From Podarcis filfolensis (taxonomy: Eukaryota): DNA of 64,000 nucleotides. The stretch lies in NCBI GenBank assembly GCA_964270895.1, contig OZ185441.1. One strand, given 5' to 3'. The translations under genes were made by a program, and so were the position numbers. The notes under the pieces are model-generated. The model saw only the letters and a list, made by a program, of their open reading frames with translations. It ran no database searches and was not told where the DNA came from. Shown one piece after another: positions 49,254-62,509 of this stretch. How positions within the stretch are numbered: the stretch's first letter is position 1; each line of letters opens with the position of its first letter.

Positions 49254-50126
49254 CTCCCTCTCATAAGATATCAGGGTGGTATACAGCACAACAAAGACAT
49301 AAAACACAATTGAAGAGAGTGATTAATGGAGGAGATGAAAATTAGGGAAATGTTATACACATGCATGAATAAATTCGCTTCTGGGGCCCCTCTGGGAATA
49401 GGGGACCTGAAGCTTAAGCTTCATTAGTTTCATCGTAGCTCTGCCCCGAATATGAGCCTCCATTCTTTAAACTTATGTCACCAAGAGCACATGTGATTTA
49501 TGCCTGGGTCAGTAGCTTTCCAGTAGCCAATGAGTTTCATTTCCTAGTGTAAACAGAGCACAGATTCATTTTGTGGTGCAAAATGGCCTATCATCTGCAT
49601 AGTACCCGCCCAGCCAGCCAGCAAACCAGCTTTCTTTTTCTTAATGGTATTTCGCTTTTAACAATATAGCACCCAAGTGACCTATTGCCACGGTTACTGC
49701 ATGTTTTAAACTGGTGTCTGCAACTCTTCATTGGGATTACTATAAACTCATCAGGAAGCTGTTGTGTTTTCATACTACTGAAGAGCGGCAGAACAGTAAA
49801 AATGCTTGTCAGAGCTGTTAGCTGCTACTTTTCAGCAGCAACTATTAATCGCTGGGCCCAATGTTTCCAGAATTGTCACTTTACAGAAGATTTTTTTAAA
49901 GGTCCTTGAGTATGGGAGAGAGCACATAAATAAGAGTGAAGGGGAGGAGCTAAAGTCTTTGCTGTCAAGAATTTTTGAAGGACCACTACAGACCACCTGG
50001 CTGCACCCTATGTTTGTTACCTCCTTCTTGTTCTTTTATTTGCATCTCCCTTACAGGGTTACATTTGAGTTGCTGGGTCTGGTACAATGTTAAGCAGTAC
50101 ATCGAGTTGTTAAATAGATATACTCT

Positions 50127-50918
50127 TTTTTTTTATATATAAAATATTTATTAAGGTTTTAAGAATTTATATAAAATAGAAAAAACAAACCAAAAAACAA
50201 AAACAGTAAAAATACATACAAACCATACAAAACACATACAACAACAAGTATAATTTCAATCCCTTATATTGAAATTTATATAAAATAGAAAAAACAAACC
50301 AAAAAACAAAAACAGTAAAAATACATACAAACCATACAAAACACATACAACAAGTATAATTTCAATCCCTTATATTGAACTTACTTTCCCGACCTCCTCA
50401 TACCTCCCCTTTCTGTATTCCAATCTCTAATTAATTCAATTCAGCAAATCCTTCCCCTAATTTCTGTATAATTTTTAACCTTTCTTTTCTTGATCACATA
50501 ATCATTACAGCTTATAACCACTTAATTTCTGAATCAACATCGTTCTAACCTTCAATAATTTTACAATGTTTCCTAAGATAGTCCTTAAATTTCTTCCAAT
50601 CTTCTTCCGCCGTCTCTTTTCCCTGATCTCGGATTCTGCCGGTCATTTCTGCCAGTCCCATATAGTCTATAACCTTCATCTGCCATTCTTCCACGGTGGG
50701 TAGATCTTCTGTCTTCCAATACTTTGCAATGAGTATTCTTGCTGCTGTTGTAGCATACATAAAAAATGTTCTGTCCTTCTTTGACACCAATTGGCCGACC
50801 ATGCCCAGAAGAAAGGCCTCTGGTTTCTTCAAGAAGGTATATTTATATACCTTTTTCATTTCATTATAGATCATTTCCCAGAAAGCCTTGATCTTTGGGC
50901 ATGTCCACCAAAGGTGAA
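50127..50918 (-). mobile_element. L1 LINE, 5'-truncated: ORF2 C-terminus, 3'UTR and poly(A)
   Basis: Minus frame HLWWTCPKIKAFWEMIY...AARILIAKYWK...WKKFKDYL is typical of the L1 ORF2 C-terminal cysteine-rich region. AATAAA and an A tail are present; 18-bp TSD GTTAAATAGATATACTCT (50109-50126 and 50919-50936). Confidence 0.93.
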
Positions 50919-51295
50919 GTTAAATAGATATACTCTATCCAGAAGAAGCCTCATTGAATTCAAAGAGTTTTGCTTGCAGTTAAGTGGTTACAGCAGAGAT
51001 GGGGGAATCTGCGGCCTTCTGGGTATTGCTGAGGACAACTCCCATCAGTGCCAGACAGCCAGCCTGGCCCAGGTATGATAGGAGAGGTAGATCTGCAACA
51101 TTTGGAGAGCCACAGGTTCCTCATTCTTGGGGTACAGGATTGCAGCCTTGATGTTACTACCGTAAAATTTATTTTCAAGGAATGTGATCCTGCCAAAGGC
51201 TTTAAAATCTTTGCACTCTTACCAAGGAGGAAGTTCAAAGTTAATGTTACAGTGTAAAAGATGTGTGGATCCAGAATTGGCCTCCACAGTCACTC

Positions 51296-51657
51296 GGCCT
51301 CAGCCCAGTATACCTGAAGGAGCGTCTCTACCCCCATTGTTCTGTCCGGACACTGAGGTCCCGCGCTGAATGCCTTCTGGCGGTTCCCTCACTGCGAGAA
51401 GCAAAGCTACAGGGAACCAGGCAGAGAGTCTTCTCGGTAGTGGTGCCCGCCCTGTGGAACGCCCTCCCATCAGATATCAAAGAGATAAACAACTATCTGA
51501 CATTTAGAAGATATCTGAAGGCAGCCCTGTTCAGGGAAGTTTTTAATGTGTGACATTTTAATGTATTTTTAATCTTTGTTGGAAGTCGCCCAGAGTGGCT
51601 GGGGAAACCCAACCAGATGGGTGGGGTACAAATAATAAATTATTATTATTATTATTA
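51296..51657 (+). mobile_element. L2 LINE 3' fragment
   Basis: Frame PVYLKERLYPH...RVFSVVVPALWNALP; (TTA)n tail. Confidence 0.92.
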
Positions 51658-53106
51658 ATTCTTATTGGAAGACAATCTTACATGGCTACGAGCGATCACC
51701 AAAGAGGAAGAAGCTTCTTTCCAAATACACAAGCAAGGGATGGTGCTCTCTCTCAAACCCCATTTTCATCTTAGGATATGCATCCACCATAATTTATCCT
51801 TGATGCTTTTTATGCAACCATAGCTGGACCTCCTTCTTGCTCTTCATCCTTTCTGCTTCCCTTGGAATTGTGCCTCCCTTTAGTTGCCCCTTCTTAATGT
51901 GCGTCCTCCCTTGTTTATTATTAGGCTGCCCTGTGCACGACGCAAGCAATATATTTACGTTCCTGGCTTCTGCTTATAATCGGCAGGCAATTTGAATGCA
52001 ATTTATACACTGGAAAGGGAAACACCACACTGAGTTTTGTTTCCTTGAGCTGTTTTCCAATGTCCCCTTTCTTTTTCCTTTTTGCATGATAACTTGGTAA
52101 TAAAGGCAGCTGCTTTGAACATTTTCAGACAGAGGAAATGGTAACCCTGACAACAGGAACCATGGCGCACGTGTGATCTTTCAGCACAGCACCTGCATAG
52201 TTTATTCACACCCTCATTGGTTCTCTCTGTAATATTAGTAGTTGGAATTCATTAGCTTTGTTGAATTGCTTTCCGTTTTGAAACCCCTATTCTTTTCCTC
52301 TTTCTCCTGCGTTGCAGTTCCTCGCTGAATCTCAAGCAGTGGGTTCTCTTGTTCCGAGTCGGAGGCTGCAGACTGATATATACCTATCTAGAACTTCCGA
52401 ACTCCTGGGGACTTTCTTCTGAATGGATATGCACAGAGTTACACTGTGTAGGTGCAGGTTTTCAGTTGTCATAATGCCCTAGTCCGTATGCGTTCTTAAA
52501 AATCAGTTGAGAACATTAATCTGGGACACACATTTCCACACTAACCCACAAAGACCACAGCCCAGCATGTTTTAAAAAAAAATTATTCATGGCATATTGT
52601 TATGATTTTCTTTACTGTAACAGTAGTAATAGCCGTGACTTTTTCCGAGAGATCTGAATGTACAGAGAGGAGATTTCTCCAGGGTTGATAAGCCATTCAA
52701 TGAACAGCAATTGAGTAACTCAGTTTTCCAATTAATTCTTTCTTTCTTTCTCTCTCTCCTTGTATTTTTTAAAAATGCAGTCTATAAGTATTTAAATATT
52801 TTATATATAAACTCAACTCAAAGCCTAATCAATAAACCAATTGAGCTAAGGTACATTAGCTTTAATCTAGTTTAGTCTTTTGGCTTCACTTGGACTAAAT
52901 AATATTAAATTCCAGTAACGTGATTCCCAAACCATTTAGCCATATGTTTTGACTTTACAATACTTCAAAGATCAAATGTACAGTAAATACCCAATAACAA
53001 TGGGGCAGTTATAAAGAAATAATGTGTTTCTCTAACTGGTGGTTGGTTGGTTTTTTTTTAAGTAATTTATTGCAATTGCTTCTGCTTAATAATATACATT
53101 TCATTA

Positions 53107-53270
53107 CAGTGGTACCTCAGGTTACATACGCTTCAGGTTACAGACTCCACTAACCCAGAAATATTACCTCGGGTTAAGAACTTTGCTTCAGGATGAGAAC
53201 AAAAATCGTGCTCTGGCAGCGCGGCAGCAGCAGGAGGCCCCATTAGCTAAAGTGGTGCTTCAGGTTAAGA
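53107..53270 (+). mobile_element. Tigger/pogo-like MITE, family A, right end missing
   Basis: Left TIR after TA; similarity stops after CAGGTTAAGA. Confidence 0.85.
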
Positions 53271-53358
53271 CCAGTGATAGAGTTACCATCATGTCTGTCA
53301 CAATGCTTTTTTCATAGAACCACTTCATGCATTCATGATATAATCACAATAGGATTTA

Positions 53359-53520
53359 AAGGGACGACAGAGGAAGAGATGGTTGGACAGTGTTCTCGAA
53401 GGTACTAACATGAGTTTGACCAAACTGCGGGAGACACTAGAAGACATGAGTGCATGGCGTGCTCTGGTCCATGGGGTCATGAAGAGTTGGACACAACTAA
53501 ATGACTAAATAACAAAACAA
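53359..53520 (+). mobile_element. Bov-B 3' fragment, more diverged
   Basis: GGGACGACAGAGG...GTGCTCTGGTCCATGGGGTCA...ACTAAAT with an A/C-rich tail. Confidence 0.88.
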
Positions 53521-53662
53521 AGGATATACTCAATATTATATTTTAAAAGGCAGTATGTTTTGAGGACATTTGCTGTACTTTCAAATAGTTGCTTTTAAAA
53601 AAGAACAGCAAGAAAAGGATTTTTGCCTTTGGCTTCATGGATACCTAGTATATAAACTCATT

Positions 53663-54217
53663 TAGAATCATAGAATCATAGAGTTGGAAGAGACCACAAG
53701 GGCCATCGAGTCCAACCCCCTGCCAAGCAGGAAACACCATCAGAGCACTCCTGACATATGGTTGTCAAGCCTCTGCTTAAAGACCTCCAAAGAAGGAGAC
53801 TCCACCACACTCCTTAGCAGCAAATTCCACTGTCGAACAGTTCTTACTGTCAGAAAGTTCTTCCTAATGTTTAGGTGGAATCTTCTTTCTTGTAGTTTGG
53901 ATCCATTGCTCCGTGTCCGCTTCTCTGGAGCAGCAGAAAACAACCTTTCTCCCTCCTCTATGTGACATCCTTTTATATATTTGAACATGGCTATCATATC
54001 ACCCTTTCACCTCCTCTTCTCCAGGCTAAACATGCCCAGCTCCCTTAGCCGTTCCTCATAAGGCATCGTTTCCAGGCCTTTGACCATTTTGGTTGCCCTC
54101 CTCTGGACACGTTCCAGTTTGTCAGTGTCCTTCTTGAACTGTGGTGCCCAGAACTGGACACAGTACTCCAGGTGAGGTCTGACCAGAGCAGAATACAGTG
54201 GCACTATTACTTCCCTT
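53663..54217 (-). mobile_element. CR1 LINE 3' fragment
   Basis: Minus frames [39 protein letters not shown] and LQERRFHLNIRKNFLTVR; (TGATTCTA)n tail. Confidence 0.95.
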
Positions 54218-55417
54218 GTAATATCATGTCTGAATCAGTTGAATCCAGTGCTGCAAACATGCAGTTCCCCTCACACAGGAAGAACTTATAATGACCTCCT
54301 GATGGTGAGAGGATCTGAAAGAGAGGATAGGCAGATGACATCTGGGCAGGTTCAAATGATGAAAGACATACCTGAAAACCTAACTGATGTAATGATGGCA
54401 GCTTCGCTTAGGCTTGGAAATGATTTGGCAGCCAGTTAATTTCTTTTAATATTGGTGCACCTAAATGGAGATATGCACACCTAAAAAAAAAAAAAAGGTG
54501 GCATAACATAACACATGGCTTGACCTGTCAGTACTGTATGAAATATTATGGAACTGATTACAGTATCATTCTTAATTATGTGAACGGGACTATCTGCAGC
54601 TCACTGAGAAAATACTCAAGCTTTGGCTAATCTCTTCAGAGGCATTTGCTTGTTTAACCTTGACCAGTATCAAGCCTGCTGAGATTCATTAATCAAAAGC
54701 ACTATCTACGGTTTTGCAAGAAGATCGACTCTAGTTGCTAATTGCTGATCTTTAAGCAACTTTTCAATCATGCATGAGGCTAGGCTGAGACATCCTGCTC
54801 CCCCAAGTGGATGTCTTGTGCAATTCAAAGTCCTTGCCACATTGCTGAGGAGGCTGTAACTCTGAAATTGGGCACGTATGCCTGCAGTCCTAATGACACT
54901 ACCCAGCATACTTTGTATCCGTGCAAGAAATAATCACTTAAACTGTGCTGTGCTTCATTGGTTCCCTAAATATATTGATGCCCCTACTGAATGCTTTGGT
55001 AGTCGATCCAGTCCTGGCCCTCAGTTAAGTATGACATACACAAGAGTTTGCCAGTAACATTTGAAAATAGATCTTGCCCATTGTTTACCATGTCCAAGAC
55101 TGAAAGGAGAGAAATTGCATCTAGGAGAGAACTGTGTAAGAGAGCTGAAGCTTGACATCCTATTTTTGCCACAATAATCCCTGCACTTTTAAAACAGAGG
55201 CTTATCTCTTTAGCAACAAACTGTGAAAATATGCTCCAGCAGCATGCATGGTTCTCTTCCGCATACACATGTTCCTTCCATGGATGCTGGCCAATAATTC
55301 CCATTATGAAACTAACAGCCTTGGACCAGGGGTTGTATTGGAATTCTACGAAGAAGAAAAACAACAGTGGGTGCCGTTTTGAAATCAGTGCTTAAAATTA
55401 GTGCAGCTTTGACATTT

Positions 55418-56255
55418 TCAGTCTGAGGTTGAATCCTGACAAGACAGAAGTACTGTTTTTGGGGGACAGGGGGTGGGCAGGTGTGGGGGACTTCCTGGTC
55501 CTGAATGGGGTAACTGTGCCCCTGAAGGACCAGGTGCGCAGCCTGGGAGTCATTTTGGACTCACAGCTGTCCATGGAGGCGCAGGTCAATTCTGTGTCCA
55601 GGGCGACTGTCTACCAGCTCCACCTGGTACGCAGGCTGAGACCCTACCTGCCCACAGACTGTCTCGCCAGAGTGGTGCGTGTTCTAGTTATCTTCTGCTT
55701 GGACTACTGCAATGTGTTCTACGTGGGGCTACCTTTGAAGGTGACCCAGGATCTACAACTAATCCAGAATGTGGCAGCTAGACTGGTGACTGGGAGTGGC
55801 CACCGGGACCACATAACACCGGTCCTGAGAGATCTGCATTGGCTCCCAGTATGTTTCCGAGCACAATTCAAAGTGTTGGTGCTGACCTTTAAAGCCCTAA
55901 ACGGCCTCGATCCTGTAAACCTGAAGGAGCGTCTCCACCCCCATCATTCAGCCCGGACACTAATATCCAGCGCCGAGGGCCTTCTAGCGGTTCGCCCCTT
56001 TGCGAGAAGTGAGGTTACAGGGAACCAGACAGAGGGCCTTCTTGGTAGTGGTGCCCGCCCCGTGGAACGCCCTCCCTTCAGATATGAAGGAAAGAAGTAG
56101 CTATCTTATCTTTAAAAGACATCTGAAGGCAGCCCTGTTTAGGGAAGTTTTTAATATTTAATGCTGTATTGTTTTTAACACTTGATTGGAAGCTGCCCAG
56201 AGTGGCTGGGAAAACTCAGCCAGATGGGTGGGGTATAAATAATAAATTATTATTA
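55418..56255 (+). mobile_element. L2 LINE 3' fragment (longest copy)
   Basis: Frame NPDKTEVL...VRSLGVILDSQLSM...LDYCNVFYVGLP...LQLIQNVAARLV...LHWLP, followed by the L2 3'UTR. Confidence 0.95.
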
Positions 56256-57973
56256 TATTCTTATTATACCAATATTCAGAATGAGGTCCATTTGTATCCA
56301 AACACAGACAAAAACCTGCTCTTGAATCTCAAGAACCATCATGCAAAATTTGGTTACGAGAGGTTCTATTCGACTCAGAGTGGACTTCGAGTGGTGCTTA
56401 AGAAATGTTCAAATACATAGTGAACAAACTTTCTTCCTCCTTTGCTTTTTTTTGTAATCAATTCTTCAGACCATAGTTTACTGTGGTGTCTGAATAAGTA
56501 AACGGCAAGTAAATTGCAAACTATTAATGATTGTTCAAACCACAGTTTGCCAGTTCAGCAATCACAAAAAGTACACAAAAATAACAAACATTAAACTTTT
56601 TTTAAAAAAAATAATACATATAAAATTATAAATATAATATATTTTAAATTTAGCATACATACTGCACTAGAGAATTTAGTTTAAACATGCAGCCATACGC
56701 AAATAATAGCCTGGGAGAATAGCCATATATTCTCCTGGCATGTCACTAGGACTTGTCACCAACCACCTCACCTGAGAGACTTTCTAATCCCCTGATCTTG
56801 AAAAATGGAAAATTTCGTATTGAATGCAGATATCTCAACGATAGTAAAGCCATTATAAAACATTTATAAATAAACATTTATATTGGTTGTGGGACAATAT
56901 AGCTGAATGTGCACTTAAGTCCTTCCAATTGGAATTTATCAGACTTAATTTCTTAGTTTGGGTTGGATAATGCCTAGTAATTGTACAAATGACTTGTTTT
57001 ACTAAGTGATTTAGCTGTATGTGTTCCGTCTTGGAAGCCTAGCAAGGAATCAAAAAATTAAAATGGCAGTGCTGCTGTCAGCATATTATTATAGACATCA
57101 TGTTTAGGAATGTGAAGGTTACGCTTTCTGGGACCTGCCAATTAGAGCGAACTCACCTGATAGTTGTATCAACATTCGAATAACTCAATTAGATATTGCC
57201 CTGTTTGTGAGCCAGATTTATCAGAAGAAATGTTTACATGCCCTTGGGAGTTGACATCACACTTTAAAATCATTACACAGAGTCTGTCTGTGGCACCCTC
57301 CTACAATGGCAGGTGATTGGATCACACACAAACACCACAATTCACTTTAATTTTTGCTTCTAATTCATACATTTTGAAATGAAACTCCAGGGGTGAAACT
57401 TCCTACATATGCAATCTCAAATAACCATTTAAAAATATTTTTGGATTCAGTTCGCAGCATGCTACAGGATAGCCAATTATAGGCATTTTTGTTACAGCTT
57501 CCTGGAAAATAAAACCAAAACACTAAGCAGTTAGGATTTGGCAGGAGGGGTGGCAGACAAGCTGACAATCTTTTTCTTACTCCAATATTCATCAGACAAA
57601 ATAAAAATCTTCTGCAGGAAGTAAATGAGTGTTAGCCTATAGGCCCCACATGCAGCAGCAAAAGTTAATGTTCGTTAAACGAATCCTTGCTTGGAGCAGA
57701 CCTTCAGCTGAAAGGTAGTCACAGTGAGACTTGGTATAAAATGGGAAAGCTGATGTTTATCCATGTTTATGGTATTGTTGATTGGGAAGAGTTCTATAGT
57801 TCTAATCAACTATCTAGTTGGAAAAGCAAAGAAGCCATGTTTGCCCCTTTGCAAGAGCAGACTTTGGTCTTTCAAATTTCGGCAGTGTCCTATGCGAGGC
57901 CAAAATCCGCCTCTCACCTTCTGTTCTGCTCAGTATGCCACATTATATTTGTCATGTCCTAGAGTGCTCTCTA

Positions 57974-58337
57974 GGGACGCGGGTGGCGCTGTGGGTTAAA
58001 CCACAGAGCCTAGGACTTGCTGATCAGAAGGTTGGTGGTTCGAATCCCTGCGACGGGGTGAGCTCCTGTTGCTTGGTCCCTGCTCCTGCCAACCTAGCAG
58101 TTCGAAAAGCAGATAAATAGTGCAAGTCAAAGTGCAAGTAGATAAATAGGTACCGCTCCAGCGGGAAGGTAAATGGCGTTTCCATGCGCTGCTCTGGTTC
58201 GCCAGAAGCGGCTTAGTCATGCTGGCTACATGACCTGGAAGCTGTACGCAGGCTCCCTCGGCCAATAAAGCAAGATGAGCGCCACAACCCCAGAGTCGGC
58301 CACGACTGGACCTAATGGTCAGGGGTCCCTTTCCCTT
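57974..58337 (+). mobile_element. Sauria SINE, full length, with a small internal templated insertion
   Basis: 14-bp TSD TAGAGTGCTCTCTA (57960-57973 and 58338-58351); A and B boxes intact. Confidence 0.95.
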
Positions 58338-59359
58338 TAGAGTGCTCTCTAGGCTCAATGTCCAGTACAGCGGAACTGGTCATGTTGCCCTAAACTAATC
58401 TCTGCCCTTTGTTCTCAGAGGATAGATCCAAGATGACCTCTTGCCTTGAGGTCCAGAGAAAGAATGTGAGGAGGAGCAGGAGTTCAGCCTACACTCGAGT
58501 AGGACCCTGGCAGAGACACATGCCCGACTGGCATGTTCCCTCCCTCTCTCTCTAGCATCAGACAGGCAAAGAGAAAAAGAACAAAGGACAATAGTCCCAC
58601 TTCACAGAACACAGTAACACAAACATCCTGTTTCTGTCACTTCCCACTCTGTGGAGTCAAAACAATCCTATGATAGACAACAATCCTATGACTGCAATCA
58701 CGGAGCAGGAATTCTAACATCAAGTTGCTCATTTGATCAGTGGAATAGCAGGGGGAAGCAGAGGGGCCAATGCCCCGGGTGCAGAATCTTGGGGGGCATA
58801 AACCCGGTGACCCCGGCCCCTGCAGAGATCCCCACACCCTGCCTGGCTCCAGCGGTGGGGAGGGGGTTGATGAGAACGGAGAGCACCCTCTGGCCCCACT
58901 AAGCACCAGACAGGGAGTGGGTGCTCGTCACCCTCTGCTCTCACCAGTAGCACCCCATGTGACCTGTCCCCCATGCCCACCCAACAGAGAAGGCTTGGCA
59001 AGCACGCTCTGACCCCACCTGGCATGTGTCCCACACACCCTCCTCAGGCACTGATGAGCAGCCCCTGCACTGGACACAACCTAAGATTTATCATCAAAGA
59101 GATAGAGAGAAGTCAGCAGACAGATAAAGTTAAAGGGATAGTATGGGAATCGCCCCCTACTCTATTTGAATTGCACCCAAACTGCCAACAATCTCAAATG
59201 CAAAGAACATCATTGTAATACTCTCATCAAGCAATTCATCCAACAGTTCATGATTAAGGGACCTAAGAATAAGTGTGTGGGTGGTTTTCAGAGGATGGTG
59301 CGTTTCCTATGACTCTGTTAGCTGCCCAGGGAATGTAAAGGTGAGGTATACATTATTTA

Positions 59360-59437
59360 AGTAATAGTGCCACTCTATTCTGCCTTGATCAGACCCCACT
59401 TGGAGCACTGTGCCCAATTCTGGGCCCCACAGTTTAA
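59360..59437 (+). mobile_element. Short CR1 ORF2 fragment
   Basis: GTAATAGTGCCACTCTATTCTGCCTTGATCAGACCCCACTTGGAGCACTGTGCCCAATTCTGG encodes [21 protein letters not shown]. Confidence 0.75.
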
Positions 59438-60342
59438 CCCTATTCAGAAACTCTGATCAGAGTGTTGGGATTGCTCTGCAATTTTGTAACTAAATTTAAT
59501 CAAAGTGTCATTTAAGAGAAGACCCTCTTCTGTATTCTTTAGAATGGCTCTTTTGGCTGCATTTTCAAAATAAATCAATGCACACCACTTCCTCCTGTGC
59601 TATTAGCCTAAGGCTGACTACCAGCAGCTGCAGGGAAACTTATCTGATACTATTACATATTTATTGGAAATATTGATATATATTGCCTGCCTTTCAACAG
59701 CAGCAAAGCTGTTGCCCCCACCCCAAAAGTCAATGCTTTCAAGTGTCACTTTTGAAAAGAACTCCCACCCTGTAGCAGTAAGTGGGGGATATGAACAAAT
59801 GCTGTTGGGAGGTATCATCACATGGTTTACATAACAAAGAAGAAACAGCACAGTTTTGTTTTTAAAAGTTAAAATAATACAGGGTCAGAAAAGGCTGCAG
59901 TATCCCTGCTGAAATATGTGGTGGGGCATTTTGCTCCCCGAGCTCAGCAGGACAGGGTCACAACTGAATCTTAAGGCATATCTATCCCACAGACTTGTGG
60001 TTTAATAATTTCATTTTCTCCCCAGGAGACTCTGAGAACTGTAGTTTTGAAGTGGGGGAGTCGAGATTCCTAACCAATTCTCAGCACTCACATGACCAGC
60101 GACAATTGCGAGATGCTTGGAGTATCCCTACGAGAAGAGTACAGGGCAGGCAGGCATTTTGTAGTGTCTACATGCCCCTCTTAGGAATCAGGGTGGAGGA
60201 ATTCTTTCAGATTCATTTTTGAAGGTAACCTATCGAGGTCATATTTTCCAAACGAATGTGGTCTGAAACTCTGCCGTCCTTTGAAATTCACACTTTTCTG
60301 AATGTTGTGATGCATGTCTCTAATCAAAAAATGTGGCGCTTA

Positions 60343-60343
60343 T

Positions 60344-60421
<78 letters not shown>

Positions 60422-60571
60422 CATACAAAAAAAATGTTAATGTAAGGGAAAATAATGTGCAACAATGCATTTTATAAGGGGTAAAATGTGTATATTAGAG
60501 TCTGTACAAAAATTGCAGTATAGTACATAACGGGAAATGTATGTGAAAATGCATACACATTTTATTGCGGA

Positions 60572-60615
<44 letters not shown>
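60343..60615. repeat. (CA)n(GA)n and (CA)n microsatellites
   Basis: Seen at about 60343-60411 and 60573-60615. Confidence 0.9.
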
Positions 60616-60618
<3 letters not shown>

Positions 60619-62003
60619 GAAACTGGAAAAATGAGAAAGTGTTGGGAACCAAAACCAAAGACTCATTCATGTGGACAAAATTTGAAGTGGAAGGTCATCT
60701 ATAGAATCCTGATCTAAAAAGATGAAGGGGCAAAAGATTGCATGTTCATTCAGTTAAAATGACCATCCTGTTCCTGCTGCCTACATAAAATCTCCACGAA
60801 AAGGACCTTGGAAGTTACCTAGTCCAACCCATTGCCACCAATCCATTTGGTGCAGCCACAGCACCCGTGTCCAGGCACTTCAACACCCCTTGGGGATGGC
60901 AAGGGAGGCCAGGGTATATCAGGTCACCATTTTGAGCCTTCCAGTTGCTGGAAACAATGCAGGTCTCTGACTGGAACCCCAGCTCCTGAGGACACTGCTG
61001 CAGCACGTGGTGGTTTCTGCTTGCCTTTGGCAGGAACAGCAGAGATCTCTGTGGTGGCAGTGACTCCCCACAGTTGCAACAGAGTGGAGGAGCATATCCA
61101 TATATCCACAGTTGCTCCAGCATGGCAGATCAAGTGTATGAATGGACATTCATACCTGCAACAGGGCCCAGGACTACCTTCTCACTGACCCTTTCCCCTT
61201 GGTTACTGAGATAGAGGCAAAGTGGGGACGACTCCTAAGAATGCTTAGGGTGGAACCTCTGGTTCTGGAGGTTAATTGTAGTGCCTGCATAAGTTGAACA
61301 AAAAGGTGCAACTTCCATTTATTTTATTTTTGCAGATTGGTACAGTGCTTGGCCCTTTAATATCACATTGGTAGCTATCTAATTCACTGTATCATAACAT
61401 CAAGGAAAGAAAATCTCTTGGTTCCTGGCTTGTTGCAAAGATGGACATTTGGCTTCCCAGCTGTTTCAGAGTCCCAAGTGTTTTGTGTTACTGTCAATCA
61501 CCACCAGGCTTCCAGCTGTTTCCAGCTCTGTGTTTATGGGCTGGCAGCCCACGATCCACATCTCAGGGAACTTGTTTTTGGAACCAGCCCACAGAACAAG
61601 CCCCTTGGAACAACTTTTTACCACCTCAAAGGAGTCATCTGCTCAGGATCGTTAGGGGAGTCTTATAGAGCTCTGCCCTTATGTAAACAGATCACCAGAA
61701 GCTTTCCATTTTGTCTCCTGGGGCCCAAATCAAATGTGATGCAGGCTAACTGAAGAATGCAGGGAATTTTTTTTTAGCCATGTGTGGTTCTACAAGCTCA
61801 GCATCATATAAACATTTTGTCGTTGGTACCTGCAGCATTAGCATGTCAACACTGTGTGCTCTTGGCTCATAGATCTGTAGTATGGTGACACTGAACCCAC
61901 AGATGCAAGCAATTCAGTGTTTACCCATGGAAGCTCACAAAACATTTTTTTAAGTATTAGTATCTGGATTATGCTAGACCTCAACAGCAATGAGGAGGAG
62001 GGG

Positions 62004-62250
62004 GAGAAGTGAAGACTACAGGAAAGCAGGCAGAGGGCCTACTTGGTAGTCGCACCGGCCCTATGGAATGCCTTCCCATCATATGTCAAGAAAGTAAACA
62101 ACATCTACCTGACCTTTAGAAGACATCTGAAGGCAGCCTCGTACAGGGAAGCCCTTAATGTCTGAGGGTTTTTGTGTTTTAATATTTGGTTGGAAGCTGC
62201 CCAGAGTGACTGCGGCAACCCAATCAGATGGGCGACATATAAATAATGAA
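62004..62250 (+). mobile_element. L2 LINE 3' end, diverged
   Basis: GCAGAGGGCCT...GACATCTGAAGGCAGCC...GCTGCCCAGAGTG. Confidence 0.85.
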
Positions 62251-62371
62251 ATTTTTGTTGTTTTTCACCTTAAAATGTGAACTGAATCCAATCCCCCACC
62301 ATCCCTAGTAGCAGGTGATGAGGAAGACCTATGCTTGACACCTTGAAGTGTGATTGCCATTCCGAGGAGAA

Positions 62372-62509
62372 TGGGGGCAGCCAATGTGGTGCCATCCAGA
62401 TGTTGTTGCACTCCACCTCCCACCAGTCCTAATCAGAATCACCAATGGTCAGGGATGATGAGAGTTGAAGCCCAGTAACATCTGGAGGGCATCTAATTGG
62501 TTATACCTG
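62372..62509. mobile_element. Degraded palindromic hAT MITE related to 302-437
   Basis: CCAGATGTTGTTG...CAGGGATGATG...AACATCTGGAGGGC. Confidence 0.55.

Noticed and set aside
54984-55364. 126-aa minus-strand ORF
   Set aside because: Non-ATG start in a low-complexity tract; no recognisable family.
58359-59076. GC-rich ~720-bp segment with a 13/15 inverted match at its ends (TGTCCAGTACAGCGG / CCCCTGCACTGGACA) and CAA on both sides
   Set aside because: The interior looks like a decayed hAT-type MITE at about 58738-59053 without a matching TSD; the short terminal match could be chance. Left unclassified.
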